64,000 nucleotides of DNA, from contig OZ244207.1 in assembly GCA_965216875.1 (NCBI GenBank), positions 2,080,001 through 2,144,000 on the forward strand, written 5' to 3'. A program made the translations under genes and the position numbers. The notes under the pieces were generated by a model. The model saw only the letters and a list, made by a program, of their open reading frames with translations. It was not told where the DNA came from and searched no databases. Origin of the DNA: Rubripirellula sp. (GTDB lineage: Bacteria > Planctomycetota > Planctomycetia > Pirellulales > Pirellulaceae). Shown here piece after piece: positions 10,831 to 22,034 of this stretch (position 1 is its first letter; each line of letters begins with the position of its first letter).

Positions 10831-11571
10831 TCACCATTCGCCCGTTTGGCCAAACTTCTTATGCGTCGCATCGGAGAACGCCTTTGCGGCCGCATTGAGT
10901 TTGGCGACGGCCTCGGGCGTCGGAAGCCCCGCGCAGCTGCGGGCTGCGGCGATCACGGTGTTGCATTCGTTCTCGTCCATGAACAACGACGCTTCCAGCA
11001 AACGGGCCTCGTCCTCTTCGGGCACAGCGAGGAATCCGTGTTTGTCGGCATGAATCAACTGTCCTGGTTTGATCGTGCGTCCGAAGACTTCGACTTCACA
11101 ATCCCATCGCACTGGAACAACGTGCGCATGGCCAACCGACAAGCGTTGTGCGAGTGCCTTGAATCCGGCATTGGTCATCTCGTCCACATCGCGAATCGAG
11201 CCGTCCGTGATGGTGCCAACACAACCAAGCGCGCGGTGCAAGTTGCTGTTCACTTCACCCCAAAAGGATCCGAGCACTTTGGGTTTGTCCAAATCCTGCA
11301 CAACGACAATCTTGGGGCCAGGGGCGTTTGCGACGTATTCGCGGTAGGCTGCTCCCGGCTTCTTTTCTTTGTGTGCCGCATTGGACGGTTCGATCACGAC
11401 GGTCACGGCATAACCGACCATGGGCCCCATCTGAGGCATGAAATCGTTCGTCTCTTCGAGGTTGAATCCGTCGTGGGCGATGTCGCTTGAAGTGATCTGC
11501 TCCCAACCGTTGTAGATCGTGGGAGTGTTCCAGCGTTTGAGTTTCAAGAGGTCAGAGTGGGACAGTGGCAT
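10831..11571 (-). CDS. RraA family / HMG-CHA aldolase-like protein
   Basis: MVGYAVT, FWGEVN, GTITDGSIRD, PGQLIHADKHG motifs. Confidence 0.85.
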   Translation of the reverse strand: MPLSHSDLLKLKRWNTPTIYNGWEQITSSDIAHDGFNLEETNDFMPQMGPMVGYAVTVVIEPSNAAHKEKKPGAAYREYVANAPGPKIVVVQDLDKPKVLGSFWGEVNSNLHRALGCVGTITDGSIRDVDEMTNAGFKALAQRLSVGHAHVVPVRWDCEVEVFGRTIKPGQLIHADKHGFLAVPEEDEARLLEASLFMDENECNTVIAAARSCAGLPTPEAVAKLNAAAKAFSDATHKKFGQTGEW

Positions 11572-11580
11572 CGGAGAGAC

Positions 11581-12867
11581 TTAGGCGGGTGGGGAAAGGA
11601 GTGATTTGTCGGCGTATGCATCTCGCAGAATCTGCATCGTGTGACGAACGCCAATGGATTGGTTCGAATCGGAGTTGAGATGGTTGCCAATTTGGGTCAA
11701 ACAACCGATGTTTCCGGTCGCAACGAGATCGGCGCTGGTCGCGCGAATGCACTCCGCTTTTTGCTGACCAAGTGAGGCTGCGACTTCGGGTTGGTCGATG
11801 TTGTAAGTGCCAGCGGAGCCACAACAGAGATGCCCCTGGGCGATCTCGACAACCTCTGCGCCAGGAATCGAAGCGAGCAACCCGCGTGGTTCGCTGCGAA
11901 CACCTTGCGCATTGGCCAAGTGGCACGCATCGTGATAGGCAATCCGAACAGCTTGGGACTGGGGCGGGATTTCAACGAGCTCACCCAAACGCGCAAGTAG
12001 TTGCGAAACGTCGCAGACAAGACTTGCGAACTTCGCCGCTTTTGCTTCGTCCGCTGTTCCCTTCAAAACCAAGCCGTATTCATGCATTCCAGACCCGCAA
12101 CCCGCAGCGTTGGTGACGATCGCATCGACGTCGAGTGGAAAGGCTTCCAAGTTCTGTCTTGCGAAGGCCTGCGCCTGCTTGAGGTTACCGACGTGCCAAG
12201 AAAGCGCGCCGCAACAGCCTTGGGTTCTCGGCACGATCACTTCGACACCATTGCGTGTTAGCACGTCGATCGTTGCCGTGTTGATGTCGGGATCGAGCAC
12301 ACTTTGCGCACAACCGGTCAATAGGGCGACTCTAGCGCGACGTTCGCCCTGCGGTGAATAGGTTTCGTTCCAACTTTGCTTGGCAGGAATGGATTCGGGA
12401 AGCAGCGAAAGCATCACTCGCAGTTGCTTGGGCAGCAAACCTGCAAACGGCTTTGCGAGTCTTCCTGACAACGCTGCCATTCGAAAACGGCTTGGGTAGG
12501 GCAGGGTGCTTTGGGCGAGGAACCGAACGACTCTTTGGATCAGTGGGCGACGGCGCTGAGGTTCCTGCAAAGCCCGGAAAGGACTGATTAGATCGCGATA
12601 CGGCACGCCTGAGGGGCAAGCGGGTTCGCACGCCAAGCAGCCGAGGCAGGTGTCGAGGTGGTCCGTCGCTGCGTCGAGCGGCATCGTGCCTTCAAGCACC
12701 TCTTTCATCAAGACGATGCGGCCGCGTGGAGTGTCGGTCTCCTGCCCAAGTTCTTGGTAGGTAGGGCAAGCAGCCAGGCAGAACCCGCAGTGCACACAGG
12801 TGCTGACTGCGGCGGCCATGTCTTCGCCGAGAGGTCCATGATGTTGCGGATCAATGTCGTGTTGCAT
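11581..12867 (-). CDS. glcF: Glycolate dehydrogenase iron-sulfur subunit
   Basis: CVHCGFCLAACP and CLGCLACEPACP 4Fe-4S motifs, two CCG domains, YHDACHL. Confidence 0.92.
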   Translation of the reverse strand: MQHDIDPQHHGPLGEDMAAAVSTCVHCGFCLAACPTYQELGQETDTPRGRIVLMKEVLEGTMPLDAATDHLDTCLGCLACEPACPSGVPYRDLISPFRALQEPQRRRPLIQRVVRFLAQSTLPYPSRFRMAALSGRLAKPFAGLLPKQLRVMLSLLPESIPAKQSWNETYSPQGERRARVALLTGCAQSVLDPDINTATIDVLTRNGVEVIVPRTQGCCGALSWHVGNLKQAQAFARQNLEAFPLDVDAIVTNAAGCGSGMHEYGLVLKGTADEAKAAKFASLVCDVSQLLARLGELVEIPPQSQAVRIAYHDACHLANAQGVRSEPRGLLASIPGAEVVEIAQGHLCCGSAGTYNIDQPEVAASLGQQKAECIRATSADLVATGNIGCLTQIGNHLNSDSNQSIGVRHTMQILRDAYADKSLLSPPA

Positions 12868-12884
12868 CGTATTTTGAATGCTGC

Positions 12885-13973
12885 CTAAATCGGCAAGAAC
12901 TTTGCTTGAGGATCGATCGCGTTCTTAATGCCCTTTGCGATCACGCTCTCATTCCGTTTCCCGAGCCAATGAACGTGAGTGTCGCCACGTACAACCAATC
13001 CTTGAAGGCCTTCGGCGGCAAGCAATGGATCAAGGTCTTGCAGAGCAGATTCCGTTGAAGTCGCCGCCCAAACCACTGCCCCGCCAACACTCACATGCGT
13101 TTGCACGTCACCAAGCGACTCAAGTTTGTCGACAAGCTGCGGAAAACTGGCTGGACTTGACGGAATCTTGACGACGAATGGATCTGCAGCGGCAAAGGAG
13201 AGTTCAATGACTTCGTTCCAATAGGCAGCGGCTTCATCGTCAGCAACGGGCGACAAGGTCAACCCGATCTGTTGCTCGACGTCCGCGGCGATCGGCGCGA
13301 TCGATTCGTGCGGGCCACTGAAGCGCACCATGACCTCTTCGTTGCGGAAGTCGACGGCATCAGGTTCCCAACGGCCGCGTCCGATTTGCTGCATCATGCT
13401 CGCGGCAGTTTTTGCGCTGTCGCACCGAATCTTGAAGCTTCGAGAGGCGGGAGCAACGGGGAAAACTTTGAAGGTCAGATCCACGATCAAACCGTAGCGG
13501 CCAATCGATCCGACGAGCAGTTTGGGAATATCAAAGCCGGCCGCGTTCTTGACGACTTTACCGCCGACACGCACGAGATGGCCATCGCTGGTAAGCAAGT
13601 GTGCACCGAGCAAAAAGTCTCGCAACCCTCCGTATCGAAAGCGACCTGGGCCAGACAATCCAGCGCAAACGGTGCCGGCGAGTGTTGCGCCACCGTCAAC
13701 CAGCATCGGGTCAAAGGGAAGGTATTGTCCTTTGTCCCGAAGTACGTCGATGACTTCACGAAGCGTCGTACCAGCTTTTGCGGTGAAAGTGAACTCGGAG
13801 GGTTCGTATTCGACGATACCTCGGTAGTTACTCGTCGAAACGTAGATCGCGTTGGAATCGCCCGCGTGGCTGAGCGCCGGTTTGGTCCGGTTGCCAACAG
13901 GCACGACGACAGTTGATTCAGCGACGATCGACGTGATCGCATCGAGTGAATCGGGTTCCTGCATTTCACTCAC
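12885..13973 (-). CDS. glcE: Glycolate dehydrogenase FAD-binding subunit
   Basis: [38 protein letters not shown]; lies between glcD and glcF. Confidence 0.9.
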   Translation of the reverse strand: MSEMQEPDSLDAITSIVAESTVVVPVGNRTKPALSHAGDSNAIYVSTSNYRGIVEYEPSEFTFTAKAGTTLREVIDVLRDKGQYLPFDPMLVDGGATLAGTVCAGLSGPGRFRYGGLRDFLLGAHLLTSDGHLVRVGGKVVKNAAGFDIPKLLVGSIGRYGLIVDLTFKVFPVAPASRSFKIRCDSAKTAASMMQQIGRGRWEPDAVDFRNEEVMVRFSGPHESIAPIAADVEQQIGLTLSPVADDEAAAYWNEVIELSFAAADPFVVKIPSSPASFPQLVDKLESLGDVQTHVSVGGAVVWAATSTESALQDLDPLLAAEGLQGLVVRGDTHVHWLGKRNESVIAKGIKNAIDPQAKFLPI

Positions 13974-15405
13974 GCGAGATCACTCCCGCCTCTTCCAGAG
14001 GATGCAATCCCGTCATCGAAAGTGACGGCGCCTCTTTTCCAGGGAACATTTTGCCCGGATTGCCGATTCGCTTGGGGTCGAATGCCAGACGAAGCCGATC
14101 CATCAGCGCAATCGTCGGCTCATCAAACATCTCTGGCAAATAGTCGCGTTTTTCCATTCCAACGCCATGTTCGCCTGTGATGGAGCCGCCCATTTCGACG
14201 CACATCTTCAGCAACTTGCCAGCGAGCGCTTCGGCGCGATGGAGTGCGCCAGGAATCGTGCCGTCGAACATGATTAACGGGTGCAGGTTTCCATCGCCGG
14301 CATGAAACACGTTCGCTACTCGGATGTCGGCTTCACGAGACATCTGTTCGATTCGCTCGAGCGCTTCACCGAGTCGCTTTCGTGGAACGACACCATCTTG
14401 AACCAGGAAGTCGGGACTCAGTCTGCCGACTGCTGAAAAGGCCGACTTGCGTCCGCGCCAAATCGAAAGGCGATCTTCGGCGTCGACCGCGACACGCTGG
14501 GCAAAGTGGTCGGTTGTGGCAAGGATTTTGGCGAGCTGCTCTTTCTCGTGTTCAATCTTTTCACGTGGACCCTCCAGTTCAACGATCAAGACCGCCGCGG
14601 CGCCGGGCGGGTATCCACACGCAACAGCAGCCTCGGCCGCTTCAATCGCGAGCGCGTCCATGATCTCGAGTGCACCCGGCAGCAGACCAGCGTCGATCAC
14701 TGCCGAGACCGCGTCACCAGCGGCTCGCAAACTCTTATAGCCAACGAGCACCGTGTGGAACATCTCGGGCTTGGGAAGTAGCCGTAGCGTGACTTCGAGG
14801 GCGATCCCGAAAAGACCTTCGCTGCCACAAAACAAGCCGGTGTAGTCGGGACCGATCGATTCGACCGAGTCGCCTCCGAAGTTGACCACTTCGCCACTGG
14901 CGAGAACAGCTTTGATGCCCAAGACATGGTTCGCGGTCATACCGTACTTCAAGCAGTGTGCGCCGCCGGAGTTGAAGGCGACGTTTCCACCAATAGTGCA
15001 GATCGTTTGGCTTGAAGGGTCGGGGGCATAGTACAAACCATGGGGTGACGCCGCATCAGTAACGTGGTTGTTGATCACGCCCGGTTGAACCACGGCGACG
15101 CGATCATCAGGATCGACCCGAAGGATCTTGTTCAGTCGGTTGAGTGCGATGACGATGCCACCAGCGACAGGCAAGGAACCTCCCGAGAGACTCGTTCCGC
15201 TGCCGCGCGCGACAAAGGGGACTGCGTGATCGTGGCACCAACGTACGGCGGCAACGGTTTCGTCAGCGGTTTCGGGGATCACCACGGCAAGTGGCTTTTC
15301 GCGGAACGCCGTTAAACCGTCCGACTCAAATGCAGCACGAAACGCATCGTCTTTGACGAAGCGTTTTGCTGGAAATATCTCGGCCAGACCGCTTAGATCA
15401 GTCAC
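13966..15405 (-). CDS. glcD: Glycolate dehydrogenase FAD-linked subunit
   Basis: [49 protein letters not shown]. Confidence 0.93.
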   Translation of the reverse strand: MTDLSGLAEIFPAKRFVKDDAFRAAFESDGLTAFREKPLAVVIPETADETVAAVRWCHDHAVPFVARGSGTSLSGGSLPVAGGIVIALNRLNKILRVDPDDRVAVVQPGVINNHVTDAASPHGLYYAPDPSSQTICTIGGNVAFNSGGAHCLKYGMTANHVLGIKAVLASGEVVNFGGDSVESIGPDYTGLFCGSEGLFGIALEVTLRLLPKPEMFHTVLVGYKSLRAAGDAVSAVIDAGLLPGALEIMDALAIEAAEAAVACGYPPGAAAVLIVELEGPREKIEHEKEQLAKILATTDHFAQRVAVDAEDRLSIWRGRKSAFSAVGRLSPDFLVQDGVVPRKRLGEALERIEQMSREADIRVANVFHAGDGNLHPLIMFDGTIPGALHRAEALAGKLLKMCVEMGGSITGEHGVGMEKRDYLPEMFDEPTIALMDRLRLAFDPKRIGNPGKMFPGKEAPSLSMTGLHPLEEAGVISRE

Positions 15406-15415
15406 TCGTTTCGCT

Positions 15416-16528
15416 TCAGCTCAAACAATCTTTCAGGGCAGCAAGCAAAGTCGTCACGTTGCGTTTGGTCGCTGAATCGCCCATCAAACCAATCCGCCAT
15501 GCTTTACCAGCGAAGACGCCCAGTCCGCCACCGATTTCAATGTCGTACTCTTCGAGCAATCGACGTCGCACCGCGGCTTCGTCGATTCCTTCAGGAACGG
15601 AGACGCAGTTGAGTGTGCAAAGCGAATTCTTGGGAATGTACTTTAGTCCCAGTTCTTCCAAGCCGGCTCGCAGTAGCTTGTGCATCTCTTCGTGGCGACG
15701 CACACGGTTTTCGATGCCCTCTTCGACAATGATCGAAAGCGCCTCGCGGAGTGCATAAACCATGTTGATCGGCGCGGTGTGGTGGTAAGCCCGTCCACCA
15801 CCGCCGGTGTAATAGTTCTTGAGCATCGAGACGTCCAAGTACCAGCTTTGCACCTTAGTCGTGCGTGCGTCCATCTTTTCGATTGCACGAGGTGAAAAGG
15901 AAACGGGGGATAGACCGGGAGGACATGAGAGGCATTTCTGTGTGCCGGAGTAAACGGCGTCGATGCCCCAATCGTCAACTTTGACTTCGTGACCGCCAAG
16001 CGAAGTGACCGTATCGACCGCAAGCAACATCCCGGCGTCGTGGACAATCTTTCCAACGTTGGTCAGGTCTTGATGTGCCCCGGTTGAGGTTTCAGCGTGA
16101 ACGACCCCCAGCACCTTCGCGTTGGGGTGCTTGCCAACTGCGTCGGCGATCATTTCATCGGTAAAGGTTTCGCCCCAAGGGACTTCGACAACGTGCACGG
16201 TCGCACCGGCTCGCTCCATGTTGTCTTTCATGCGTCCGCCGAAAACGCCGTTGATGCAGACGATGACTTCATCGCCAGGTTCAACGAGGTTCACGACGAT
16301 CGTTTCCATGCCCGCCATGCCGGTGCCCGAGACCGGAAAGGTCAATGCGTTCTCCGTCCCGTAAACCTGCCGCATCAATTGGCAAGCTTCGTCCATGTAT
16401 TCGATGTACTGTGGATCCAGATGTCCCAGTGTTGGCGCGCCGATGGCCCGCAGGATGCGTGCGGGAACGGTACTTGGGCCAGGCCCCATCAAGATGCGCT
16501 GGCGTGGATTGAGCGGAGAAACGGTCAT
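15416..16528 (-). CDS. Alanine/serine-glyoxylate aminotransferase (class V PLP)
   Basis: [36 protein letters not shown] (PLP Lys), YHHTAP, WRIGLMG. Start set at MTVSP to avoid overlap with the permease. Confidence 0.9.
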   Translation of the reverse strand: MTVSPLNPRQRILMGPGPSTVPARILRAIGAPTLGHLDPQYIEYMDEACQLMRQVYGTENALTFPVSGTGMAGMETIVVNLVEPGDEVIVCINGVFGGRMKDNMERAGATVHVVEVPWGETFTDEMIADAVGKHPNAKVLGVVHAETSTGAHQDLTNVGKIVHDAGMLLAVDTVTSLGGHEVKVDDWGIDAVYSGTQKCLSCPPGLSPVSFSPRAIEKMDARTTKVQSWYLDVSMLKNYYTGGGGRAYHHTAPINMVYALREALSIIVEEGIENRVRRHEEMHKLLRAGLEELGLKYIPKNSLCTLNCVSVPEGIDEAAVRRRLLEEYDIEIGGGLGVFAGKAWRIGLMGDSATKRNVTTLLAALKDCLS

Positions 16529-16568
16529 AGCGTCTTCGGGTCGTAAGATAAATGGTTCGCGTGGGCTG

Positions 16569-18251
16569 CTATGCGAGGCAAATCCCCAACAAGCCAGCCA
16601 CAAGAATGTAATACAGAAAGACAAAAAATGTGATCCGTATCACGTCGCCCTCGCGGCCGATCAGCCCGACGACCGCACAGGCGGCAACAACGTTGTGGAC
16701 ACAAATCACGTTTCCAGCGGCACCGCCCACTGCCTGCAGCGCCACGACCCAGCGAGGGTCGGCACCGATATTCTGGGCAACGCCAAACTGAAAACTGCTG
16801 AACAGCATGTTCGAAATCGTGTTGCTGCCTGCGACAAACGCGCCCACACCGCCGATTGCGGGCGACACAGCGGGCCAAGCCTTTCCGACGATTGAGGAGA
16901 CTCCACTGGCCAATTCTTCGGGCATCGAGGCGAGTCCGGCTGCCCCGTCGCCCGAATTCAGGAAGACCTGCACCATCGGGACGGCAAAGATCAGTGCGAC
17001 CGACGCCGAAAGGATCATTCGCCAAGATTTGGTGACCGCTCGGCCAACCGAGGGAGCATCCATTCGATGAAGAAGAACGGTCAGAATACAAACGACGATG
17101 AAGATGGTGCCGGGGAGGAATAGGATCGATACCGGTTTGATTTCGACCGTCGAACCGAACACCGCAACCGTGGTTTGCGGATCGGTCGGCAAGGCAAAAC
17201 TTTTTAGCCAATTGCCAATCTCGAGCTGTGGCAGTCGCGTTAGCACCAACAGGGCGGCAATCAAAACGTAGGGCAGCCAGGCTTGCCAAAGCCGCAGGCT
17301 ACGTTTGGGGGCTTCAAACTTGATCTCGGTTGTACCGCTCCACGAAGCATCCCACTGCGCGGGCTCCGGAAAATCCCAGTGATCATTCTTGGGAAGCAAG
17401 AAGCGATTTTGCGCGGCCGGAATGACGATGGCGAGGCCAACAAGTGAGCCGAGCAGTGAAGGAAATTCAGGGCCAAGAGTGTTTGCGATGATCGCGTAGG
17501 GGATCGTCATGCAGAGCGAAGCAAACAACGCAAACTTCCAGATCGCAAGTCCATCACGAAAACTCCGATTGGCTCCGAAAAAGCGAGTCATCACGCAGAC
17601 AACCAACAGCGGAATGAGCGTTCCGCAGGTCGCATGAAGGATCGCGACTTTTCCTCCGATGATCGGTAGTAGTTCGGTCCAGGAGGCCATCCCCAGTCCC
17701 TCGGCATAGGCCTCGACCGCAGCGCTATCCTCAAGTCCGCCTTTGACTCCAACAAGGATCGGAGTTCCGACGGCGCCAAACGAAACGGGAGTGCATTGGA
17801 TGAGCATTCCAGACACAACAGCCGACTTGGCCGGAAATCCGAGGCCGACGAGAAGAGGCACGCAAACAGCAGCGGGAGTGCCGAAGCCTGCGGACCCTTC
17901 GATGAAAGAACCAAAAAGCCAAGCGATGATGATCACCTGAACCCGCCGGTCGTCACTGATGTTGGTGAAACCCTGACGTATGACCGAGAGCCCGCCACTC
18001 TCGCTGAGCGTGTTCAGCAAAAGGATCGCGCCAAAGATGATGTACAACAGCGTGAAGGTAATGACCAAGCCCTTGACCGAAGCGGCGGCGATTTGGGCAT
18101 AGCTCAATCTCCAATAAAAAAGCCCAACCAGCAGCGCCGTGACGTACGACAGAGGCATCGCCTTGGAGGCTGGAAAACGAAGGATCACCAGAAAGATCGC
18201 AACGACGACGATCGGCGAAAGAGCGACCAATGGAGCGAGCGTTTCGAACAT
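16569..18251 (-). CDS. L-lactate/glycolate permease (LctP family)
   Basis: [40 protein letters not shown]; highly hydrophobic. Confidence 0.92.
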   Translation of the reverse strand: MFETLAPLVALSPIVVVAIFLVILRFPASKAMPLSYVTALLVGLFYWRLSYAQIAAASVKGLVITFTLLYIIFGAILLLNTLSESGGLSVIRQGFTNISDDRRVQVIIIAWLFGSFIEGSAGFGTPAAVCVPLLVGLGFPAKSAVVSGMLIQCTPVSFGAVGTPILVGVKGGLEDSAAVEAYAEGLGMASWTELLPIIGGKVAILHATCGTLIPLLVVCVMTRFFGANRSFRDGLAIWKFALFASLCMTIPYAIIANTLGPEFPSLLGSLVGLAIVIPAAQNRFLLPKNDHWDFPEPAQWDASWSGTTEIKFEAPKRSLRLWQAWLPYVLIAALLVLTRLPQLEIGNWLKSFALPTDPQTTVAVFGSTVEIKPVSILFLPGTIFIVVCILTVLLHRMDAPSVGRAVTKSWRMILSASVALIFAVPMVQVFLNSGDGAAGLASMPEELASGVSSIVGKAWPAVSPAIGGVGAFVAGSNTISNMLFSSFQFGVAQNIGADPRWVVALQAVGGAAGNVICVHNVVAACAVVGLIGREGDVIRITFFVFLYYILVAGLLGICLA

Positions 18252-18299
18252 AGTGACCCAATTCTTGAAAAGCGGCTTGCCCGATTCAGGCGGCGTTTT

Positions 18300-19280
18300 C
18301 TAGCGATCAAACTCGGGGTTAACGAGGTTGGGTGGGCGTTCACCTCGACAAGCCGCGAGACAATTCGCAACAGCCATGTTGCCCATCTTGGTGCGTGTCC
18401 CGATCGTTGCGCTGCCAAGGTGAGGTGCAACAACCGCGTTTTCTAGCGAATCGAGTTCAGGCTCTAATTGCGGCTCGCGTTCGTACACGTCAAGTCCCGC
18501 GCCTCCGTGTGGGTTGGCCTTGAGCCAATCGACGAGTGCTTTTTCATCGATCACCGGGCCGCGAGCCGTGTTGATGATTCGTGCAGTGGGTTTGAGTCGA
18601 GCCAGTTCCTCGCGTCCAATCAAATGCGTTGTTTCGTTGGTCAGTGCAACGTGGAGCGAAAGGAAGTCGCTCTCGGCAAGCACGTCGTCGAGCGAAGCGT
18701 ACGTTGCGTTGCACTCTTGTTCGACAGCTGCGTCAAGCTTGGATCGGCTCCAGTAAATCACGCGCATGTCAAAACCTGCGGCTCGTCGCGCAACCGCTTG
18801 TCCGATCCGCCCCATGCCGACGATTCCCAGTGTCGCGCCGCTGATATCAAGACCTAGCAATTGAAGCGGCCCCCATCCTTTCCAACTCTGCGACCTCACC
18901 ATCCGGTCGCCTTCGACGACGCGGCGTCCAGAGGCGAGCATCAACGCCAAAGCCATGTCTGCCGTTGAATCCGTCAAGACGCCGGGCGTGTTGGTCACGG
19001 GAATGGAACGCTGGGTGGCAGCGTCGACGTCGATGTTGTTAAAGCCGACAGCGAAATTCGCGATCACCTTGAGCTGAGGAAGTGCGTCCATCACCTCAGC
19101 GTCGATCGTGTCAGTCAATAGGCAAAGCAAGCCATCGGCGTCGCGTGCGCCGTCGATAATCTCTTGCTTTTCAAGGACACGGTCCTCAGCGTTGAATTGC
19201 AGGTCACTCGCCTGCTGCAAGCGTTTCATTGACTCGGGAGGGAGTTCACGAGTCAGAAAGATTCGAGGTCTGTCGGACAT
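18300..19280 (-). CDS. D-2-hydroxyacid dehydrogenase (glyoxylate/hydroxypyruvate reductase type)
   Basis: AVGFNNID, TNTPGVLT, GMGRIG, INTARG, DVYEREP, PHLGSAT. Confidence 0.9.
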   Translation of the reverse strand: MSDRPRIFLTRELPPESMKRLQQASDLQFNAEDRVLEKQEIIDGARDADGLLCLLTDTIDAEVMDALPQLKVIANFAVGFNNIDVDAATQRSIPVTNTPGVLTDSTADMALALMLASGRRVVEGDRMVRSQSWKGWGPLQLLGLDISGATLGIVGMGRIGQAVARRAAGFDMRVIYWSRSKLDAAVEQECNATYASLDDVLAESDFLSLHVALTNETTHLIGREELARLKPTARIINTARGPVIDEKALVDWLKANPHGGAGLDVYEREPQLEPELDSLENAVVAPHLGSATIGTRTKMGNMAVANCLAACRGERPPNLVNPEFDR

Positions 19281-19456
19281 AAAGTGAGACGAATCAGGCC
19301 AGGTGCGGGTCAAACGGACAACATTGTAAGGCTGATCTGGCCGACAATGTTCGGCTGAGCCCGTTTCGAAAGAATCTTCGGCTTCCAGCGCAAGCGGCGC
19401 GCTCCTTCACCTCGATTGAATCAAACCCAAGCGACCCGAGAACACAAGACACATTG

Positions 19457-19849
19457 ATGAGCAACGACCCCGCGAATCCATACGCAGCGCCAACGGCTGC
19501 AATGGCACCGACCGATATCAGCTCACTCGATCCAGTTGCCCGGGCCAAAGCCGAGGCGATCATCAAGGATGCGAGTCAGTTTTGGCTCGCCATCCTCGTG
19601 ACACTCTTGTGCAGCTCGCTCGGTGGCCTGATCATCGGTCCCTGGTACTTGGTCCGACTTCTTCAATGGAACTCATTGAAGAAGAGTGAAGCGGAGCTTG
19701 CCCAAATCAATCCTCCGCCCGGATCGCTCGCGGCCCAGTTTCAGTCTGCCAAGGTGAAGCTGATCGTCGGGCTTTGCTTCGGAGCGATGATGTTGCTGCT
19801 GGGCATCATGGTCTTTTTGCTGATGTTTGTGGGTGCCGTCGTCGCATAA
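19457..19849 (+). CDS. Small membrane protein
   Basis: N-terminal NPYAAP; two hydrophobic segments; divergent from the glc operon. Confidence 0.7.
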   Translation: MSNDPANPYAAPTAAMAPTDISSLDPVARAKAEAIIKDASQFWLAILVTLLCSSLGGLIIGPWYLVRLLQWNSLKKSEAELAQINPPPGSLAAQFQSAKVKLIVGLCFGAMMLLLGIMVFLLMFVGAVVA

Positions 19850-19865
19850 CGACCGGCCCGTCCTT

Positions 19866-19945
19866 CGTAGCTACCTTCGCCAGAAGGTGGTTGTGCGTTG
19901 GATGACCGTCTTCCACTGCCCCACGCTCTGGCGAGCGTAGCTACG
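19866..19945. repeat. REP doublet, GTAGCTAC family
   Basis: CGTAGCTACCTTCGCCAGAAGGTGG (19866-19890) inverted to CCACGCTCTGGCGAGCGTAGCTACG (19921-19945), between convergent genes. Confidence 0.85.
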
Positions 19946-19959
19946 GTAAGTCACGGGCC

Positions 19960-20000
19960 GTAGGCCGGATCAAGGAGCGTCAGCGACGCAGATCCGGCAC
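19960..20000 (+). repeat. GTAG-headed REP-like palindrome
   Basis: GTAGGCCGGATCAAGGAGCGTCAGCGACGCAGATCCGGCAC; partial copy at 48824-48840. Confidence 0.75.
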
Positions 20001-20018
20001 AAACACCTATTTGTCGCA

Positions 20019-22019
20019 CTAGTTGCCTGGGAATCCACCGGGTGCACCGGGAACTTGGAAGTTTGGCAACGTTGGGCCGCCAGCACCGGGCACAGGGCCG
20101 GTTGCACCGGGCTTAGCGAACAGTTCTTCGCGGTCGATGCGGAGCTTCGAATAGGTCTCTTCCGAGATGACGTAGTACCAGTCTGCGAAACGTGCATTCA
20201 GCTCGGCGACACGACGACGGGCATCCGCCAGTTGATCGTTGCGCTCGTCGATCTTGCGTTGGTTCTCCTTCAAGATCTTCTCACGCTCGGCCTCAAGCAA
20301 CTCTTGCTTCTCTTCATCCGACATGCTCGCAAAGTCATTCTCTTCGGATGCTTCCTGGCCAGCCTCGTCAGCTTTCACGACTACCTCGGATTCCGGAGCG
20401 GGGGCTTCGTCGGTGGTTTCAGGCTCAGCCGATGTTTCGGTTTCATCTTCACCAGCGCCTTCGGCCTCTTTTTCTGTATCGTCGGCTGCGTCCTCAGCGG
20501 ACTCGTCTTGGCCACCGCCCGAACCTTCGGCTTCGCCGCTTCCGTCGGATTCAGACTCGCCAGAGGCTTCTTCCGATTCGGTTGTTTCTTGAGCTGGTTC
20601 ACCGCCATCCGCGTCGCCGGCTTCGTCAGTGCTCGCGTCGGTGTTCGCTTCTGCTTCTTCAGTCGTCTCTTCGGATGCTTCCCCCTGACTTTCCTTGGCA
20701 TCGTTAGGTGCTGGATCATCGGAGGTTGCCGCAGCTTCGGTATCCGATGTGGCCGATACTTCGCCGTTAACCTCGGGCTGTGGAGCCATCATTTTTTCGA
20801 GGTCTTCGATCGTCTCTGGTGGCACTTCCAGGGCGGGTGCGGGGAATTTCGATTCGTCAACTTGCGTCATCACCAACAGGTAGCGATTGACGCCGCCTTC
20901 GCTTTCTTCGGCGGATTCGGAGTCTGCTCCGTCCGAGACGCCGGCGATGTTGCCAAACCGAAGGACGTACTGAACGCCGTCCTTCAAGCCAACAGTCAAT
21001 TCACCATTCGCAGACAGTAGTTGGTATTCGGTTCCACGTTGGATGGGATAGAACCCGCGACGGCCAAGTGAACTGATCGCATCTTTGTCAGTCAATAAGT
21101 CTTTGTTGGCGCGAAGCGTCGCACTCATACCGTCGGGTTTGCGGTGCACGTCGGCGATTTTGAGATCGTCGAGCGCATTCTTGATTTCGTTAAGCTTGGT
21201 GGCGTCGAGCTTTTCGCTTGGAAGTGGATCGACTGGAATGGGCGTCAACGGATCGTTGGCCGCATATTCGGCAAGCGACTCGAGGCTCCATTCCGTACCA
21301 TCAAGTTTGACCTTCGCATCGTAGTTGCTGGTCAGACTGAATTGTCCGGTAGCCAGCGAAGCGTTGTGGTCGCGAATCTCCATATCCTCGATATCGATGC
21401 TGCTCAGTTTCAGCAGGTCATCTTCGATCCACTTGGTGAAGCTGGTCGTCAGGGGGGCGTCGTCAAAGTCAACGACGTAAACGAGGTCCTGGCCAGGCAC
21501 GCGAACGAAACGCTTGGCTGCATCGTCGCTTGGGCTGCTGCCGATGATCAGCGACGCGAGCGTCTTTTGTGAGTCGTCTTTGAAGGTGACCATTCGTCCG
21601 ACACCCTCGTCACCGATCTCGAGATCTTCGAGTTTCGGCTCGATCACGCCAAAACCTTCGTGGTCTTCGGCGTTGTCGGATCGAACATCAAGGATCTTCA
21701 AGCCAACAAACGCGTTGGCGGCTTCCTTCATCTGTTCAACGGCGTCAGCTGGATAGCTGGCGCGCGATGGAATCGTCCACAAGCCCGATTCACGGTCTTT
21801 GCGGACTTCAAACGTTTCCAACTCGCCACGTTCGTCATCAAACGTGACGATCTTCAAGCTTGCAGCGGCAAGTGGATCCGAAAAGGTCTCGAAGAGATCA
21901 CGGTTGATCAGCGTATCGTTGCTTTGCTCGGACGTTGACGGCCAAGCGACAAAGGCGGCAATGGCAAGCATCACGACAGCGACGCACCAGAAGACGCCTG
22001 TTTTGGTACCTTCGTTCAT
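20019..22019 (-). CDS. DUF4340 domain protein with long acidic linker
   Basis: N-terminal TM; SYPAD, LIIGS..RFVR; usual position after a GldG-like gene. Confidence 0.8.
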   Translation of the reverse strand: MNEGTKTGVFWCVAVVMLAIAAFVAWPSTSEQSNDTLINRDLFETFSDPLAAASLKIVTFDDERGELETFEVRKDRESGLWTIPSRASYPADAVEQMKEAANAFVGLKILDVRSDNAEDHEGFGVIEPKLEDLEIGDEGVGRMVTFKDDSQKTLASLIIGSSPSDDAAKRFVRVPGQDLVYVVDFDDAPLTTSFTKWIEDDLLKLSSIDIEDMEIRDHNASLATGQFSLTSNYDAKVKLDGTEWSLESLAEYAANDPLTPIPVDPLPSEKLDATKLNEIKNALDDLKIADVHRKPDGMSATLRANKDLLTDKDAISSLGRRGFYPIQRGTEYQLLSANGELTVGLKDGVQYVLRFGNIAGVSDGADSESAEESEGGVNRYLLVMTQVDESKFPAPALEVPPETIEDLEKMMAPQPEVNGEVSATSDTEAAATSDDPAPNDAKESQGEASEETTEEAEANTDASTDEAGDADGGEPAQETTESEEASGESESDGSGEAEGSGGGQDESAEDAADDTEKEAEGAGEDETETSAEPETTDEAPAPESEVVVKADEAGQEASEENDFASMSDEEKQELLEAEREKILKENQRKIDERNDQLADARRRVAELNARFADWYYVISEETYSKLRIDREELFAKPGATGPVPGAGGPTLPNFQVPGAPGGFPGN

Positions 22020-22034
22020 TGGTATGTCCTTTCG

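Noticed and set aside
10831..11571. RNase E inhibitor or menaquinone methyltransferase annotation
   Set aside because: No SAM-binding motif; operon context and the retained RD motif favour a metabolic aldolase.
16529..16624. Upstream start extensions in the ORF track (aminotransferase; also BlaR 56391, S1 46673, uvrA 44728)
   Set aside because: They overlap neighbouring genes or precede the family-typical N-terminus.
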